Source: a virus
Length of the DNA: 64,000 nucleotides
Strand: one strand, 5' to 3'
Virus record (IMG/VR): IMGVR_UViG_3300021197_001635
Coordinates: 64,001-128,000 of that record
Both the position numbers and the translations under genes were made by a program. This document shows, one piece after another, positions 31,500 to 40,140 of this stretch (its first letter is position 1; each line of letters starts with the position of its first letter). The notes under the pieces are model-generated. The model saw only the letters and a list, made by a program, of their open reading frames with translations, was not told where the DNA came from and searched no databases.

Positions 31500-31948
31500 A
31501 ATCATTTAAACAATATATTGACGAAGCAGTGACCGATGATCGCAAGGAAGTCGCTAAAGGGCTTAAGAAGTGGGCAAAGCAATATGTGAGCGGATCTATA
31601 TCGGTTAAATCGGGTAGTGGTAAAACTCCCTTTGTCCAGTTGACGGCAAGAGGAGGGGAGATCAGCAATGACCTCCGCAAGATGGTAATCGACAAAATAT
31701 TCACAGATGCTAAAGTACGCGACATGAATGATATTAGTTACGGTAACGTCACTAAGAATTATATCGCTATCACCTCTGATCAATGGAAGAAGGTGATGGG
31801 ACTGGATGAGACTATAGTTAAGAGCGGTGACAAGTGGAAGGTCATGAACAAGGACAAGTCAAAGACCTTAGGTACTCACGACTCTAAAAAGATGGCCCTC
31901 AAGCAGTTAGCAGCCGTAGAAATAAGCAAAGCGAGCAGAGGGAAATGA
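31496..31948 (+). CDS. Two-module basic protein with capsid-targeting-like leader
   Basis: MKSFKQYIDE-A; internal GLDE-T; LGTHDSKKMALKQLAAVEISK. Confidence 0.7.
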   Translation: MKSFKQYIDEAVTDDRKEVAKGLKKWAKQYVSGSISVKSGSGKTPFVQLTARGGEISNDLRKMVIDKIFTDAKVRDMNDISYGNVTKNYIAITSDQWKKVMGLDETIVKSGDKWKVMNKDKSKTLGTHDSKKMALKQLAAVEISKASRGK

Positions 31949-32151
31949 AATCTTTCAAAGAATATATAATAGAGAGGCTTAGGATCAACTACAAAAAAGG
32001 TAGAAAATTGGTGGCTACCAAGGGTAGTAAAGAAGGCGAGACTGGAACTGTGGTGTCTATGGGTCCCAATGCGGCATTTGTACGAATCAAACTGGATAAG
32101 AACGATCAGGTAATACAGCAGAATCCTAAATTCTGGAAAGTTATGAAATGA
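31945..32151 (+). CDS. Small basic KOW/SH3-like protein with capsid-targeting-like leader
   Basis: MKSFKEYIIE-R; KGSKEGETGTVV. Confidence 0.65.
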   Translation: MKSFKEYIIERLRINYKKGRKLVATKGSKEGETGTVVSMGPNAAFVRIKLDKNDQVIQQNPKFWKVMK

Positions 32152-32882
32152 AATCATTTAAACAATATCTAGAAGAGAACTTGGGTTCAGGTTCTAAAAT
32201 TAGTCTTTCCCCAAGTTCTAGTATGGGGAATTTCAGAAGCACTCCATCACCTCCACCAGAAGGTGAAGGAGAAGGTGAAGAAGGACCAGTAAAACTCGTA
32301 CCAACCACAGACCCAACTCAATGGGTGGATCCCGATGGGAACCACTATTGGGATTCAGATGGAGATGGTGTTCCAGACATGATTTGGAACGGAGATGCAT
32401 GGGTGGTAATACCACCTGGATTAGAATTTGAAGATGGAGAAGAACCAGACGAAGATGAAGATGAAGATGAAGAACCAGATGAAGGTGAGGACGAGGATGA
32501 GGACGAGGATGAAGATGAAGAACCAGATGAAGAAGATGATGATTTAGTAGAAATACCATGGGAGCTTTGGCAACAACTTCAATTATTGCAGCCAGCATTC
32601 AATCCTGGCTTATACTTCAAACCTCCAGGCGGTGAGGGTGGTGGAGATGGTGGTGGTGGAGGTGGCAATATAAATTGGTATAAAGAAACTCCATGGAAAC
32701 CAGGCTACCCACATCCAAGTGATGGTAGTCCCAGTCCTTCAACTCCAGGTAACTGGATTCCCCTACCCTATGGTAACTGGTGGAATACAGATGAACGTCG
32801 ACCACGAGGTAGACAAGAGTACGACGAATTAGAATGGTACTATGACCCATCGAACATCGGTGGTGGTGGGAGCATGCCATAA
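32148..32882 (+). CDS. Acidic Pro/Gly/Trp-rich protein with capsid-targeting-like leader
   Basis: MKSFKQYLEE-N; poly-D/E tract; first 81 nt nearly identical to 32888. Confidence 0.7.
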   Translation: MKSFKQYLEENLGSGSKISLSPSSSMGNFRSTPSPPPEGEGEGEEGPVKLVPTTDPTQWVDPDGNHYWDSDGDGVPDMIWNGDAWVVIPPGLEFEDGEEPDEDEDEDEEPDEGEDEDEDEDEDEEPDEEDDDLVEIPWELWQQLQLLQPAFNPGLYFKPPGGEGGGDGGGGGGNINWYKETPWKPGYPHPSDGSPSPSTPGNWIPLPYGNWWNTDERRPRGRQEYDELEWYYDPSNIGGGGSMP

Positions 32883-32887
32883 ATCCA

Positions 32888-33601
32888 ATGAAATCATTTA
32901 AACAATATCTAAAAGAGAACTTGGGTTCAGGTTCTAAAATTAGTCTTTCCCCAAGTCCTAATATGGGGATGGGAGATTTTAGAAGTAACCCAACACCTCC
33001 ACCACCACCAGAAGGCGAAAGTTCTCTGGGGTGGAGTCCTTGCGGTGGTTGTGGACCCGATGGACAGCCTGGTGAGTTTATACCTGATGGTCAGGGTGGG
33101 ACATATTTTTATGACCCCGCAACTGGTGATACCTACTATTACAACCCAGCAACTGGTGAGTGGTCGAATTTCTCCGATGGGGACGACAATGACTCCATCA
33201 CACCACCAGACCCAGAACCAGGCCCATCACCAGACCCATTTAAACCAGTTGTTGTACCCAGAGAGAAATATGACAAATGGGATAACTGGTGGGATGAAAA
33301 TATGCCACCTGAATATCCGCCGTTTGATTTCTGGTTCCATCCAGACGATGAAGAATATGAAGACCCAGCAGACATTCCTGCACCATCAGGATGGCCACCA
33401 AATGTACCGTGGCCACCACCAGACTTTCCTCCTGGAATGGACCCTGCAAACTACAACGATATGCCTCCTGCGGGCAATGGTTGGTATCAGTTCTGGGACC
33501 CAAATAATGAACCGTTCTATTACAACCCAGGCCCACCACCTTCATATCAGTATGGTGAACCTTACAATGTGGACCCATCTGTACCACCTTGGGAAGCATA
33601 A
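32888..33601 (+). CDS. Pro/Trp/Tyr-rich protein with capsid-targeting-like leader
   Basis: MKSFKQYLKE-N; YFYDPATG/YYYNPATG repeats. Confidence 0.7.
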   Translation: MKSFKQYLKENLGSGSKISLSPSPNMGMGDFRSNPTPPPPPEGESSLGWSPCGGCGPDGQPGEFIPDGQGGTYFYDPATGDTYYYNPATGEWSNFSDGDDNDSITPPDPEPGPSPDPFKPVVVPREKYDKWDNWWDENMPPEYPPFDFWFHPDDEEYEDPADIPAPSGWPPNVPWPPPDFPPGMDPANYNDMPPAGNGWYQFWDPNNEPFYYNPGPPPSYQYGEPYNVDPSVPPWEA

Positions 33602-34810
33602 ATGAAATCATATAAGCAATTCATCAACGAAGGTAAGAACACTCACCTAGAGCATCTAGAAGATGAACTCTGGAACGAGGGTTCCGCAGGCGTAGAGAAC
33701 GCACTACGTTTCGTGGGTGAGGTTGCTTCTATGTTATCTGGTAATGCTGATTCTTCTATTAATATCACCACTAAATGGGATGGTGCACCTGCTATTTTCT
33801 GTGGTATCAACCCTGAAAACGGCAAATTCTTTGTTGGTACTAAGAGTGTGTTCAATACTGGTCAGCCTAAGATCAACTACACCAATGCAGATATCAACAA
33901 GAATCATGGTGGGGGATTGGCAGAAAAACTGAAGATAGCACTCAAACATCTACCTTCATTAGGTATTAAAGGTGTCCTTCAGGGAGACCTGATGTTCACA
34001 TCCAGTGATCTAAGCAGCATGAAGGTAGACGGGAAATCCCATGTCACCTTCACACCCAACACTATCACCTATGCTATCCCAGAAGGGTCGGATGCTGCCA
34101 AAGAGGTTAAGTCCGCTAAAATGGGTATAGTATTCCACACCAAATATTCTGGAAGGAAGATGTCAGACATGAAGGCATCATTCAACCCCAAGGTGAAATC
34201 TCTCAGGAAAAACAAGGCTGTTTGGTTCAGGGATGCCGATTTCAAAGACGAAAGTGGTAGTTCCACTCTAACATCCAGTGAAAAGGATGTTATAATGTCT
34301 AAAGTGAAGGATGCTAAATCCCTACTGTCCAGTACATCTAAGACAATAGAGTCCTTCAGATCCAACAGGCAGATAATACCTTTCGTCAAGATATACATGA
34401 ATAGTATGGTAAAAGAAGGCAGCACCGTAGGCAATACTGACGGTCTCATTAGTCACATATCTGCTAAGTTCGATAATGACATAAATAAATTGAAGACAGA
34501 CGCTGCTAAAGAAAGAAAGAATGCTATAAGAGAAGAGATAGTCAAATACCTCAGATCAGAAGAGGCTAGGCTAGATAAAATATTTAAATTGCATTCTGTT
34601 CTTACCGATATCAAAATAATGCTGGTAAGAAAATTGGAGAGGATTAAGGGTATAGGAACCTTTATTAGAGATGATAAAGGTTTCAGGGCTACGTCTCCAG
34701 AAGGATTTGTGGCAGTAGATAGGATTTCCAATAAGGCACTTAAACTGGTCGATAGACTAGAATTCAGCAGGTCTAATTTTACGGTTGCTAAAAACTGGGT
34801 AAAGGGATAA
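33602..34810 (+). CDS. Conserved T4-like protein (KNTHLEHLED family, DUF6267-like) with capsid-targeting-like leader
   Basis: MKSYKQFINE-G; TTKWDGAPA, FVGTKSVFN, QGDLMF, PEGFVA, KLVDRLEFS. Confidence 0.8.
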   Translation: MKSYKQFINEGKNTHLEHLEDELWNEGSAGVENALRFVGEVASMLSGNADSSINITTKWDGAPAIFCGINPENGKFFVGTKSVFNTGQPKINYTNADINKNHGGGLAEKLKIALKHLPSLGIKGVLQGDLMFTSSDLSSMKVDGKSHVTFTPNTITYAIPEGSDAAKEVKSAKMGIVFHTKYSGRKMSDMKASFNPKVKSLRKNKAVWFRDADFKDESGSSTLTSSEKDVIMSKVKDAKSLLSSTSKTIESFRSNRQIIPFVKIYMNSMVKEGSTVGNTDGLISHISAKFDNDINKLKTDAAKERKNAIREEIVKYLRSEEARLDKIFKLHSVLTDIKIMLVRKLERIKGIGTFIRDDKGFRATSPEGFVAVDRISNKALKLVDRLEFSRSNFTVAKNWVKG

Positions 34811-34815
34811 AAAAA

Positions 34816-35883
34816 ATGAGCGATAAAACATTATCTGAGGCAATAAGACAAGACTTAATGTCTAACATATTCGAGGCTAAAATGTCGTCTTCGGCGAGTG
34901 ACCCGACTGGAAATACCTCTAGTTTCTCAGGCGGCATAGCAGCATTGTCCCAAGATGTTGAATCTGGGGGTAGTCCGATCACCCCTGCATACACTAGGAT
35001 GGCATTGGATAGAGCAGCGGCTAAGAGTATGAATCCCCTATACAGGTCTATGATGAACTGGTTAAGGAGAACATCCAAGAAGAGGGACGACGAAGAAATG
35101 GGAATGAGGAGAGAATCTGCCGAGATCTATGAGAATCTAGGTTATTCTAATCCATACTCCATGAAACAACCACAGAAACCCGAGGATGACTCAGATATGC
35201 AAGAGATTCCTATGTGGGATTCTTTGACTGGCAGGAAGAAGAAATTCAAGGCTATAATGACTCCTCCCCAAGATGATGCTCTCAGAAGTTCTAGAGAAAT
35301 AAATCAAGACATGAGAGACGGATATATGCAAGCAGCAGCAGCCCAAAGAATAACACAACCTTCTGGTGGTTCTGATCCCAGAGGATTCGAGGTTCCTTAT
35401 GGATTCCGCATACCAGTGGGTGCAAATAAAGACGAATTGGACTTTGGTATGAGTTATCATGAGTATGAGACGAGGAAGAAAGAACATGATCAAAACCCCA
35501 CCAACATGAACAGTGCATATGCTGACCATCCAGCGGTAATGAAGCATCTGGACCAACAGAAGCAGCTCCAGCAAGTCCAGCAGGCAGACCAAATGAATGC
35601 TCAGGGTGGTGAAGAGCAACAACAGCCTGGTGGAATGCCTGGAATGGGTGCTGGTGGAGACCAAATGCAGCAGATGATGCAGCAAATGATGGGTGGTATG
35701 CAAGGTGGTGGACAGCCCCAGATGCCTCCTATGGGTGGGATGGGCAAAAAGCCCCAGATGCCTCCTATGGGTGGGATGGGCAAAAAGCCCCAGATGCCTC
35801 CTATGGGCAAAAAAGACGACACGGCGCAAGACATCATGAAACTACTCAGAGGTATGGGTGGTAGAGACAAGAGAAGAAGATAA
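34816..35883 (+). CDS. Met/Gln/Gly/Pro-rich low-complexity protein
   Basis: TLSE-A, IFE-A sites; QQMMQQMMGG and PQMPPMGGMGKK repeats. Confidence 0.65.
   Translation: MSDKTLSEAIRQDLMSNIFEAKMSSSASDPTGNTSSFSGGIAALSQDVESGGSPITPAYTRMALDRAAAKSMNPLYRSMMNWLRRTSKKRDDEEMGMRRESAEIYENLGYSNPYSMKQPQKPEDDSDMQEIPMWDSLTGRKKKFKAIMTPPQDDALRSSREINQDMRDGYMQAAAAQRITQPSGGSDPRGFEVPYGFRIPVGANKDELDFGMSYHEYETRKKEHDQNPTNMNSAYADHPAVMKHLDQQKQLQQVQQADQMNAQGGEEQQQPGGMPGMGAGGDQMQQMMQQMMGGMQGGGQPQMPPMGGMGKKPQMPPMGGMGKKPQMPPMGKKDDTAQDIMKLLRGMGGRDKRRR
35714..35807 (+). repeat. 36-bp tandem repeat, about 2.6 copies
   Basis: AGCCCCAGATGCCTCCTATGGGTGGGATGGGCAAAA. Confidence 0.9.
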
Positions 35884-35906
35884 TCAATTAAAAAGGAGAA
35901 TATAAA

Positions 35907-36026
35907 ATGGACGGATTTTTAGGAACTATTTGGTGGTCGGTACTCATGTTCGTAGCAGGAGCACTAATTGGAACTCCTCTTTGGGGATGGGTTAAGAGTT
36001 TCATGCCTTGGAACAATAAGGACTGA
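35907..36026 (+). CDS. 39-aa membrane peptide
   Basis: AAGGAG RBS; MDGFLGTIWWSVLMFVAGALIGTPLWGWVKSFMPWNNKD; absent from the ORF track. Confidence 0.7.
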   Translation: MDGFLGTIWWSVLMFVAGALIGTPLWGWVKSFMPWNNKD

Positions 36027-36027
36027 T

Positions 36028-38163
36028 ATGGTGACAAGAGGCGGCTCGTATATTAGCGAAGCAAATGGTAAGGGAATGGTATTTACCTTCGGTAGATTCA
36101 ACCCTCCCCATGGTGGTCATGAATTATTGATCAATAAGGTAATATCTACTGCTAAAAAATATGGTCACGAGCATTCGATATATGCCAGTCAGTCTCAAGA
36201 TTCAAACAAAAACCCCTTGGGGTATAATGATAAAATCAAATATATGAAGGCAGCCTTTAAACAGGCTAATGTTGTTAAAGACCCCAAGATGAAAAATCCT
36301 TTTTTCGTAGCGAAGAAGCTAAGCGATGAAGGTTACAAGCACGTAATTCTAGTAGTAGGTGGGGACCGTGTAAAAGATCTTGAGAGAGAAATCAGGAAAT
36401 ACATTGGTCACAAGGATCCAAACAAATCATTCAACTTCGACACTTTTAGTGTGGTGAGTGCTGGGAAAAGAGATCCAGATTCCGATGATGTCACTGGTAT
36501 GTCCGCTTCTAAGATGCGATCACTAGCATCTGATGGAGACTTTGATGGATTTAGCAAAGGCGTTCCTTCCTCAATGTCCTCATCCAATACCAGAAAAATG
36601 TATGATTCCATAAGAAAATCTATGGGTGTCAGAGAAGACATATCTAGTCTATTTGACCAACTGGATGTAGGGATATCAGAAGAAGAACTGAATAGGCAGG
36701 CAATCAATAGATTGGACCTAGACTCTTTGCAACTCCTAGGAATCATGGAACAGGTAGAAGAAGAGCCTACTGTAATAATACTTTCTATCTTCGATGAAGA
36801 GGGAGAGTACAGCGATACCACAGACAAATTGGTGAAATCTTGTGACAAGATTGGGTTAACTAACTATGTGGTGTCGGTAGAAGACGCTTATGTGGTAGAC
36901 GAAGACATGGATGATAACATCATTACTATCCATAACTACAACGGCAACGGCAAGAAACTAAATCTGAATACTAGTAACACGGTGTGTTTCCCCAGAGGAA
37001 GTGTGCTGAAGAACTATTCTGGTATAGGTATACTCAGCATAATACAAGACACTGATATATTCTCTGTTAACAAACTAAGTAGCATGGAATTAGCACAGAA
37101 CAAGTTTGCTACTGCTATAGCACTGGAAAGAGCTAGCATTAACTCACCAAGGACGGCATTGGTTGCCAACGAGGATGCGATAGAGATAGCATTAGAGAAG
37201 ATAGGTGGAAAATTCCCCGTAGTAGTCAAGACAATCACTGGAGCAGAAGGAATTGGTGTTTCACTAGTAGAATCAAGAGAGTCGTTGACTGGTGTTCTGC
37301 AGTCCTTGTGGAAATTCGAAGCAGAAGTCATCATACAGGAATATTTCAAGATAGACTATGATATCAGATCCATAGTCCTCGACGGCAAGGTTATTGCCAG
37401 TGCTAAGAGATTGAAAGGGCAAGGAGATTTTAGGACTAACAAATCTCTAGGAAATGAAACAGAACCTTATGTCTTGTCAGAAGAAGAAATAGAAATAGTT
37501 GAAAAGGCTGCCAGCGTCATTAAATGCTATTGGTGTGGTGTAGACCACATGGTGGTGGATGGAGAAGACGGTGAGGAATATAAGGTATTGGAAGTGAACG
37601 GTTCGCCTGGAAGCGGAGCAGAACCATTTCACTCATACTTTGGTGATGGTGGAGAGGTAAGCGGTCAAGGCATGATAGATTATGTAGTGGACTATGTCTC
37701 AGATAGAGAAAACTGGGTGTCATCTACCACCGAAATCGGAGCGGTAGAAGAGATAGAGATAATAGGAATGGGCAAGGCAGATGCCAGAATAGACACGGGC
37801 AACGAGTCTTATAATGTCCTTCATGTGGATAGTGCCGAGTACAGCACCGAAGACAAAGATATGGTCAGATTTTCCACCATGGGTGAAACCAAGCAACTAC
37901 CAGTAGAAGAGGTGGTGACCATAAATACGGGAAGCGGCAACAAAGAAAAGAGGATGGTGGTCAAGCTTGACCTGAAGATAGGAAGCAAGACCATCAAAAA
38001 TGTCAAGTTCTCTCTTGCAGATAGAGAAGACAATGACTATCCAATACTAATAGGTAAGGTATTTTTAAAGAATCACCACTTTTCAGTGGACGTAGCCAAA
38101 GAGCACGTGATGAAGGAATCTTTAGAAACACTAAATAATAAGTTCACCAATCTCGCTATTTGA
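36028..38163 (+). CDS. Fusion: cytidyltransferase + RimK-type ATP-grasp ligase + RimB-like retropepsin-type protease
   Basis: FGRFNPPHGGH, VVGGDRV, MSASKMR; FPVVVK, GAEGIGV, IIQEY, DFRTN, LEVNGSPG; ARIDTGN, LADRE..ILIGK. Confidence 0.85.
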   Translation: MVTRGGSYISEANGKGMVFTFGRFNPPHGGHELLINKVISTAKKYGHEHSIYASQSQDSNKNPLGYNDKIKYMKAAFKQANVVKDPKMKNPFFVAKKLSDEGYKHVILVVGGDRVKDLEREIRKYIGHKDPNKSFNFDTFSVVSAGKRDPDSDDVTGMSASKMRSLASDGDFDGFSKGVPSSMSSSNTRKMYDSIRKSMGVREDISSLFDQLDVGISEEELNRQAINRLDLDSLQLLGIMEQVEEEPTVIILSIFDEEGEYSDTTDKLVKSCDKIGLTNYVVSVEDAYVVDEDMDDNIITIHNYNGNGKKLNLNTSNTVCFPRGSVLKNYSGIGILSIIQDTDIFSVNKLSSMELAQNKFATAIALERASINSPRTALVANEDAIEIALEKIGGKFPVVVKTITGAEGIGVSLVESRESLTGVLQSLWKFEAEVIIQEYFKIDYDIRSIVLDGKVIASAKRLKGQGDFRTNKSLGNETEPYVLSEEEIEIVEKAASVIKCYWCGVDHMVVDGEDGEEYKVLEVNGSPGSGAEPFHSYFGDGGEVSGQGMIDYVVDYVSDRENWVSSTTEIGAVEEIEIIGMGKADARIDTGNESYNVLHVDSAEYSTEDKDMVRFSTMGETKQLPVEEVVTINTGSGNKEKRMVVKLDLKIGSKTIKNVKFSLADREDNDYPILIGKVFLKNHHFSVDVAKEHVMKESLETLNNKFTNLAI

Positions 38164-38178
38164 TCAGGGAGTATCAAA

Positions 38179-39141
38179 ATGAAATCGTTCAAAGATCTTA
38201 GAAATAAAATATCCAAAGTGTTGTCGGAGCATCACGATGGTAACGGAATGGGTCTGCAAGTCCCAAACATGAATGCACCATACGCATCTGACGGTGGAGT
38301 AAACATGTTCATGGTTGAAGACCCAGAAGTCTTAAATAGACTCAACCTAGCACTCAAGAACGTCCTAGAGTCTTCTAGAGGTGCAAGCACCAATACTCAG
38401 ATGGTAGCAATCAAGACGGCATTAGTTCAATGTGGACTTGACTTCGATACCTCTGAAATCACCATATCAGAGTCAGAAGGTGGATCCCAAGAATTGCAGT
38501 TAAAGCAGTTTGGTGGAAGAACTGGCATGACTCCTGAAGAAGGATTCGTCGATGATGATGGCATCTCCCATAGGAACGATGGTAAGGGCATGGTAGTTAG
38601 AATCGAGATGAAGGTAGACAATGGATCTAAGGATATCAGTGCCGTGGTTATGCCTAAGGCAATGTCTGAGTCCTTTATATTTGAATCACCTATGGGGATG
38701 GGTGGTATGGGTATGGGTGCTCAGCAAATAAATCAACCACAGCAGAAACCTAAGCCTCTAGGTTTGGGTAAGGGAGACACACGGCTTACACCACCTGCGG
38801 ATGATAATGCAGTTGATTGGGACGCGTGGTATGAGGAATGGTTAGAAAATAATGGTGGTAATGCCAGCTATTGGGGTCAACTAGGTAACTTCTGGGATTA
38901 TACTGGTCTCGGTCCCCCATCTTGGGCAGAATTAGTGGGTGTATCACAAGGAAACCCCGACTTTAATTGGGGAACTTTCCTACAAAACTTCTCAGATAAC
39001 TTCCCTGCAGTAGACGATATTGTAGAAACAACCATGTTTGGTAATCCAGCATTTCTCATGGGATTTGTGAGCGGTGGAGGTTTCGGATTCTATTATGACC
39101 AAGATGCTGGTCAATGGGTCATAAACGATTTCGGTGGCTGA
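38179..39141 (+). CDS. Protein with capsid-targeting-like leader: globular domain plus low-complexity Trp-rich tail
   Basis: MKSFKDL..VLSE-H; QFGGRTG..DDGISH; FIFE-S then M/G/W/N-rich; CTAAATA at 38131. Confidence 0.65.
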   Translation: MKSFKDLRNKISKVLSEHHDGNGMGLQVPNMNAPYASDGGVNMFMVEDPEVLNRLNLALKNVLESSRGASTNTQMVAIKTALVQCGLDFDTSEITISESEGGSQELQLKQFGGRTGMTPEEGFVDDDGISHRNDGKGMVVRIEMKVDNGSKDISAVVMPKAMSESFIFESPMGMGGMGMGAQQINQPQQKPKPLGLGKGDTRLTPPADDNAVDWDAWYEEWLENNGGNASYWGQLGNFWDYTGLGPPSWAELVGVSQGNPDFNWGTFLQNFSDNFPAVDDIVETTMFGNPAFLMGFVSGGGFGFYYDQDAGQWVINDFGG

Positions 39142-39172
39142 TAATCCCTGATATAAAAGAGAATTTTTGTTA

Positions 39173-39568
39173 ATGAAGAATTTTGAAACATTGAACTCTG
39201 GTAATTATATGATGTTTGCCATGAAGAATTATGACAATCCTCAGTGCTTAGACATGGATGAATTCAACGCAGATCTCAATAGGATAAAATACCTTAAGAG
39301 ATTGTTCAGAAGATACCATACTACTGAGGATTTAAAGGAAAGATTGATACTTAATCACCTGATCATATTATATAATGTTTTTGGCATTATACCCGCGACC
39401 AGACTCCTATTTCATAGAATGGACGTTGAGTACCATTCACTGCTGAAGACTTTTATAGTATTTTTGAACTTCTTGCCCGAGCTTGACAGAGTAAACGAGA
39501 TTAGAGAAGCGGATTTGATTTCCATACCGCTTGACCAAAAGGTAATAAAGACACTAAGGAAGATCTGA
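39173..39568 (+). CDS. Conserved T4-like hypothetical protein
   Basis: FAMKNYDNPQC..EFNADLNRIKYLKRL..ERLILNHLIILYNVFG. Confidence 0.8.
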   Translation: MKNFETLNSGNYMMFAMKNYDNPQCLDMDEFNADLNRIKYLKRLFRRYHTTEDLKERLILNHLIILYNVFGIIPATRLLFHRMDVEYHSLLKTFIVFLNFLPELDRVNEIREADLISIPLDQKVIKTLRKI

Positions 39569-39570
39569 AC

Positions 39571-40140
39571 ATGGCTGGAGCACTTGACATTTTTGTTGCC
39601 TACAAGTTCATAAAGATCTTGACCACCCCTTATAAAAAGACCAAGGCCTATCAACTGGGAATAATTGGCGACAAAGGACAGATCTTAAAAAAGAGGAAAG
39701 ATCTGAAATCTGGAGAGAAGCAGCACTACACTGCTATCCATGGTCTAATATGGAATCTCAAGAAGAAAATATTAGATAAATTGCCTCCGACTAGGACCAG
39801 ATTGGGATCTTTTGCCACTGGTCTATGGCTGCTTAAAGAAGAACTCAGTATGACTGACTCCAGTCTGATTGAAGATACTTTCCTTGAGCATATTGGAGAG
39901 GAGAGGGTCACCCTCAACGAGATGTTCTCCAACGCAACCAGCAAGAGTATCAAAAAGGGCGATTACATCATTAAAGAAGGATGCACCCCAGCATATGATT
40001 TCGTGAAGCCAGGGGATCTGATCAATATAAATAATACCAGATCGATTGCCAATATACTGGGAACACCCATATACGAAGGCACACACAAACTGACCAACGA
40101 AAGGGTGGTTATAACAAATGAAGAACTTCTCAGAATTTAG
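39571..40140 (+). CDS. Conserved T4-like hypothetical protein
   Basis: DIFVAYKFIKILTTPY..AYQLGIIGDKG..LWLLKE. Confidence 0.75.
   Translation: MAGALDIFVAYKFIKILTTPYKKTKAYQLGIIGDKGQILKKRKDLKSGEKQHYTAIHGLIWNLKKKILDKLPPTRTRLGSFATGLWLLKEELSMTDSSLIEDTFLEHIGEERVTLNEMFSNATSKSIKKGDYIIKEGCTPAYDFVKPGDLININNTRSIANILGTPIYEGTHKLTNERVVITNEELLRI

Noticed and set aside
24195-33601. Diversity-generating retroelement or retron behind the variable cargo
   Set aside because: No reverse transcriptase in the window; repeats are at 5' ends and show no adenine-specific variation.
22985-38163. Graspetide RiPP cluster (ATP-grasp plus leader peptides)
   Set aside because: Leaders match the T4 capsid-targeting pattern, cargo lacks repeated T/S/K-D/E cores, and the ligase is RimK-type.
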